A DNA stretch of 64,000 bases, from NCBI GenBank assembly GCA_902551895.1, contig CACDEU010000001.1, positions 4,697 to 68,696 of the forward strand, read 5' to 3'. This DNA comes from an uncultured Pelagibacteraceae bacterium (GTDB lineage: Bacteria; Pseudomonadota; Alphaproteobacteria; Pelagibacterales; Pelagibacteraceae). This document shows, one piece after another, positions 62,158 to 64,000 of the stretch (position 1 is its first letter; every line of letters starts with the position of its first letter). The position numbers and the translations under genes are program-made. Below the pieces are notes generated by a model that saw nothing but the letters and a program-made list of their open reading frames with translations, was not told the DNA's origin and did not search any database.

Positions 62158-64000
62158 ATGCTCAAAAAGATAGTTATTAAAGGTGCAAAAGAACACAATT
62201 TGAAGAATATTTCTCTAGAGATTCCGAAAGACAAATTTATAGTCATAACAGGTCTTTCTGGGTCAGGTAAATCGTCTTTAGCTTTCGATACCATCTATGC
62301 AGAAGGCCAAAGAAGATACGTTGAAAGTCTATCAGCCTATGCCAGACAGTTTTTAGATAAAATGAAAAAACCTAAAGTCGACTTAATAGAAGGTCTTAGT
62401 CCAGCAATATCTATTGAACAAAAAAATACTTCAAAAAATCCAAGATCTACCGTTGCTACAGTAACTGAAATTTACGATTATATGAGAGTTTTATATGCAA
62501 GAGCTGGTATTCCATATTCTCCATTTACAGGTAAGCCAATTACTTCTCAAACAATATCTCAAATTGTAGATAAAATAAAAGAATTACCAAAAAAATCTAC
62601 GATATATTTGTATGCACCTGTAGTGAGAGGACGTAAAGGTGAATATAAAAAAGACATTTTATCATTTAAAAAAAGAGGTTTTAGAAAAATCAAAGTGGAC
62701 AATAAATTATATGAAATAGATAATGTTCCAGATTTAAATAAAAAAATTAAACACGATATATATGTATTGATAGACCGTATAGTAATAAATTCTTCTCTCG
62801 GAAATAGACTTGCTGAAAGTGTAGAGACCGCGGTCAATTTAGCAAACGGTTTATTATTTGTTGAATATGAAAATGAAACATTGCCAAAAAAATTTAGAAA
62901 AATAGAAAAAGTTATATTTTCAACAAAGTTTGCTTGCCCAGAAAGTGGCTTTACTATCGAAGAAATTGAACCTAGATTATTTTCTTTTAACAGTCCTTAC
63001 GGTGCATGTGAAGAATGTGATGGTATTGGTGTAAAGTTAAATGTTGACCCAAATTTAGTTGTTCCAAACGAAAAAAAAAGTATTGCTGATGGTGCAATTG
63101 TACCATGGGCAAAAACATCTACTTTATATTATGCTCAAACTTTATCATCTCTCTCAAAACACTATGGTTTTTCTTTAGATCAAAAATGGGAAAAGTTACC
63201 AAAAAAGATTAAAGATATTATTTTATATGGATCTGATGATGAAGAGATTAAATTTAGCTATGATGATGGTTATGAAAAATACTCTCATAAAAAAACTTTT
63301 GAAGGTGTTATAAATAATTTAGAAAGAAGATATTTAGAAACTGACAGTGATTGGAAAAGAGAAGAGATTTCACAATATCAATCAGATACAAAATGTGAAA
63401 AATGTAATGGATATAGATTAAAAGAAGAAGCCTTATGTGTAAAAATTGATAATTTAAATATTAGTGAAATAACTGAAAAATCTATACTTGATGCTATTGA
63501 TTGGTTTAAATCATTAGAAAAAAAATTAGACAGTACACAATTAAAAATTGCCGAACATATACTCAAAGAAATAAATGAAAGACTTGATTTTTTACTAAAT
63601 GTTGGCCTTGATTACCTCACATTATCAAGAGAGTCAGGAACATTATCAGGTGGTGAATCTCAAAGAATTAGACTTGCCTCACAAATAGGTTCTGGATTAA
63701 CAGGAGTTTTATATGTTTTAGACGAACCATCTATAGGTCTTCATCAAAAAGATAATGTTAAATTAATTAATGCATTGAAAAGATTAAGGGATTTAGGAAA
63801 TACAGTAATAGTCGTTGAGCACGATACAGAAACAATGGAAAATGCAGATCATATTATAGACCTTGGACCTGAGGCTGGAAATAACGGAGGAAAAGTTGTC
63901 GTAGAAGGAACTTATGACGATATTTTAAAAAGTGATAAAAGTATAACAGGAAAATATTTATCTCATAAATACTTCATACCAATACCAAAAAATAGAAGGC
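62158..64000 (+). CDS. uvrA: Excinuclease ABC subunit A (runs off the window end)
   Basis: [53 protein letters not shown]; not in ORF track because it is truncated. Confidence 0.97.
   Translation, partial: MLKKIVIKGAKEHNLKNISLEIPKDKFIVITGLSGSGKSSLAFDTIYAEGQRRYVESLSAYARQFLDKMKKPKVDLIEGLSPAISIEQKNTSKNPRSTVATVTEIYDYMRVLYARAGIPYSPFTGKPITSQTISQIVDKIKELPKKSTIYLYAPVVRGRKGEYKKDILSFKKRGFRKIKVDNKLYEIDNVPDLNKKIKHDIYVLIDRIVINSSLGNRLAESVETAVNLANGLLFVEYENETLPKKFRKIEKVIFSTKFACPESGFTIEEIEPRLFSFNSPYGACEECDGIGVKLNVDPNLVVPNEKKSIADGAIVPWAKTSTLYYAQTLSSLSKHYGFSLDQKWEKLPKKIKDIILYGSDDEEIKFSYDDGYEKYSHKKTFEGVINNLERRYLETDSDWKREEISQYQSDTKCEKCNGYRLKEEALCVKIDNLNISEITEKSILDAIDWFKSLEKKLDSTQLKIAEHILKEINERLDFLLNVGLDYLTLSRESGTLSGGESQRIRLASQIGSGLTGVLYVLDEPSIGLHQKDNVKLINALKRLRDLGNTVIVVEHDTETMENADHIIDLGPEAGNNGGKVVVEGTYDDILKSDKSITGKYLSHKYFIPIPKNRR

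Overview
Very AT-rich, densely packed chromosomal segment of an alphaproteobacterium, most likely SAR11/Pelagibacterales (near-zero intergenic spacers, sarcosine oxidase, metY, K+-independent H+-PPase). It holds about 70 mostly housekeeping CDSs and five tRNAs (Ser-GCT, Glu-TTC, Pro-TGG, Ser-TGA, Lys-TTT). Three areas stand out. (1) At 31.2-33.6 kb, where gene orientation switches from mostly + to mostly -, a lone Cre-like tyrosine recombinase has a 35-bp lox/dif-like inverted repeat between its -10 box and start codon. This is a candidate single-recombinase chromosome-dimer-resolution system at the replication terminus. Next to it are a highly structured ~190-nt ncRNA (IMES-2-like), two small membrane proteins missed by the ORF track, and a long AT-rich spacer with repeated motifs. 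(2) At about 12,480 an in-frame soxA'::'ribE chimera marks a probable inversion breakpoint or assembly/MDA chimera. (3) A metY / alpha-beta hydrolase / metY sulfur operon has a structured leader and a possibly decayed SAM-V riboswitch. Also present are a glycosylation cluster with a GT9 gene frameshifted at a T8 tract, repeated loss of Zn-binding Cys motifs, and several apparently leaderless genes. Functional calls come from motif recognition and recalled synteny; no database searches were run.
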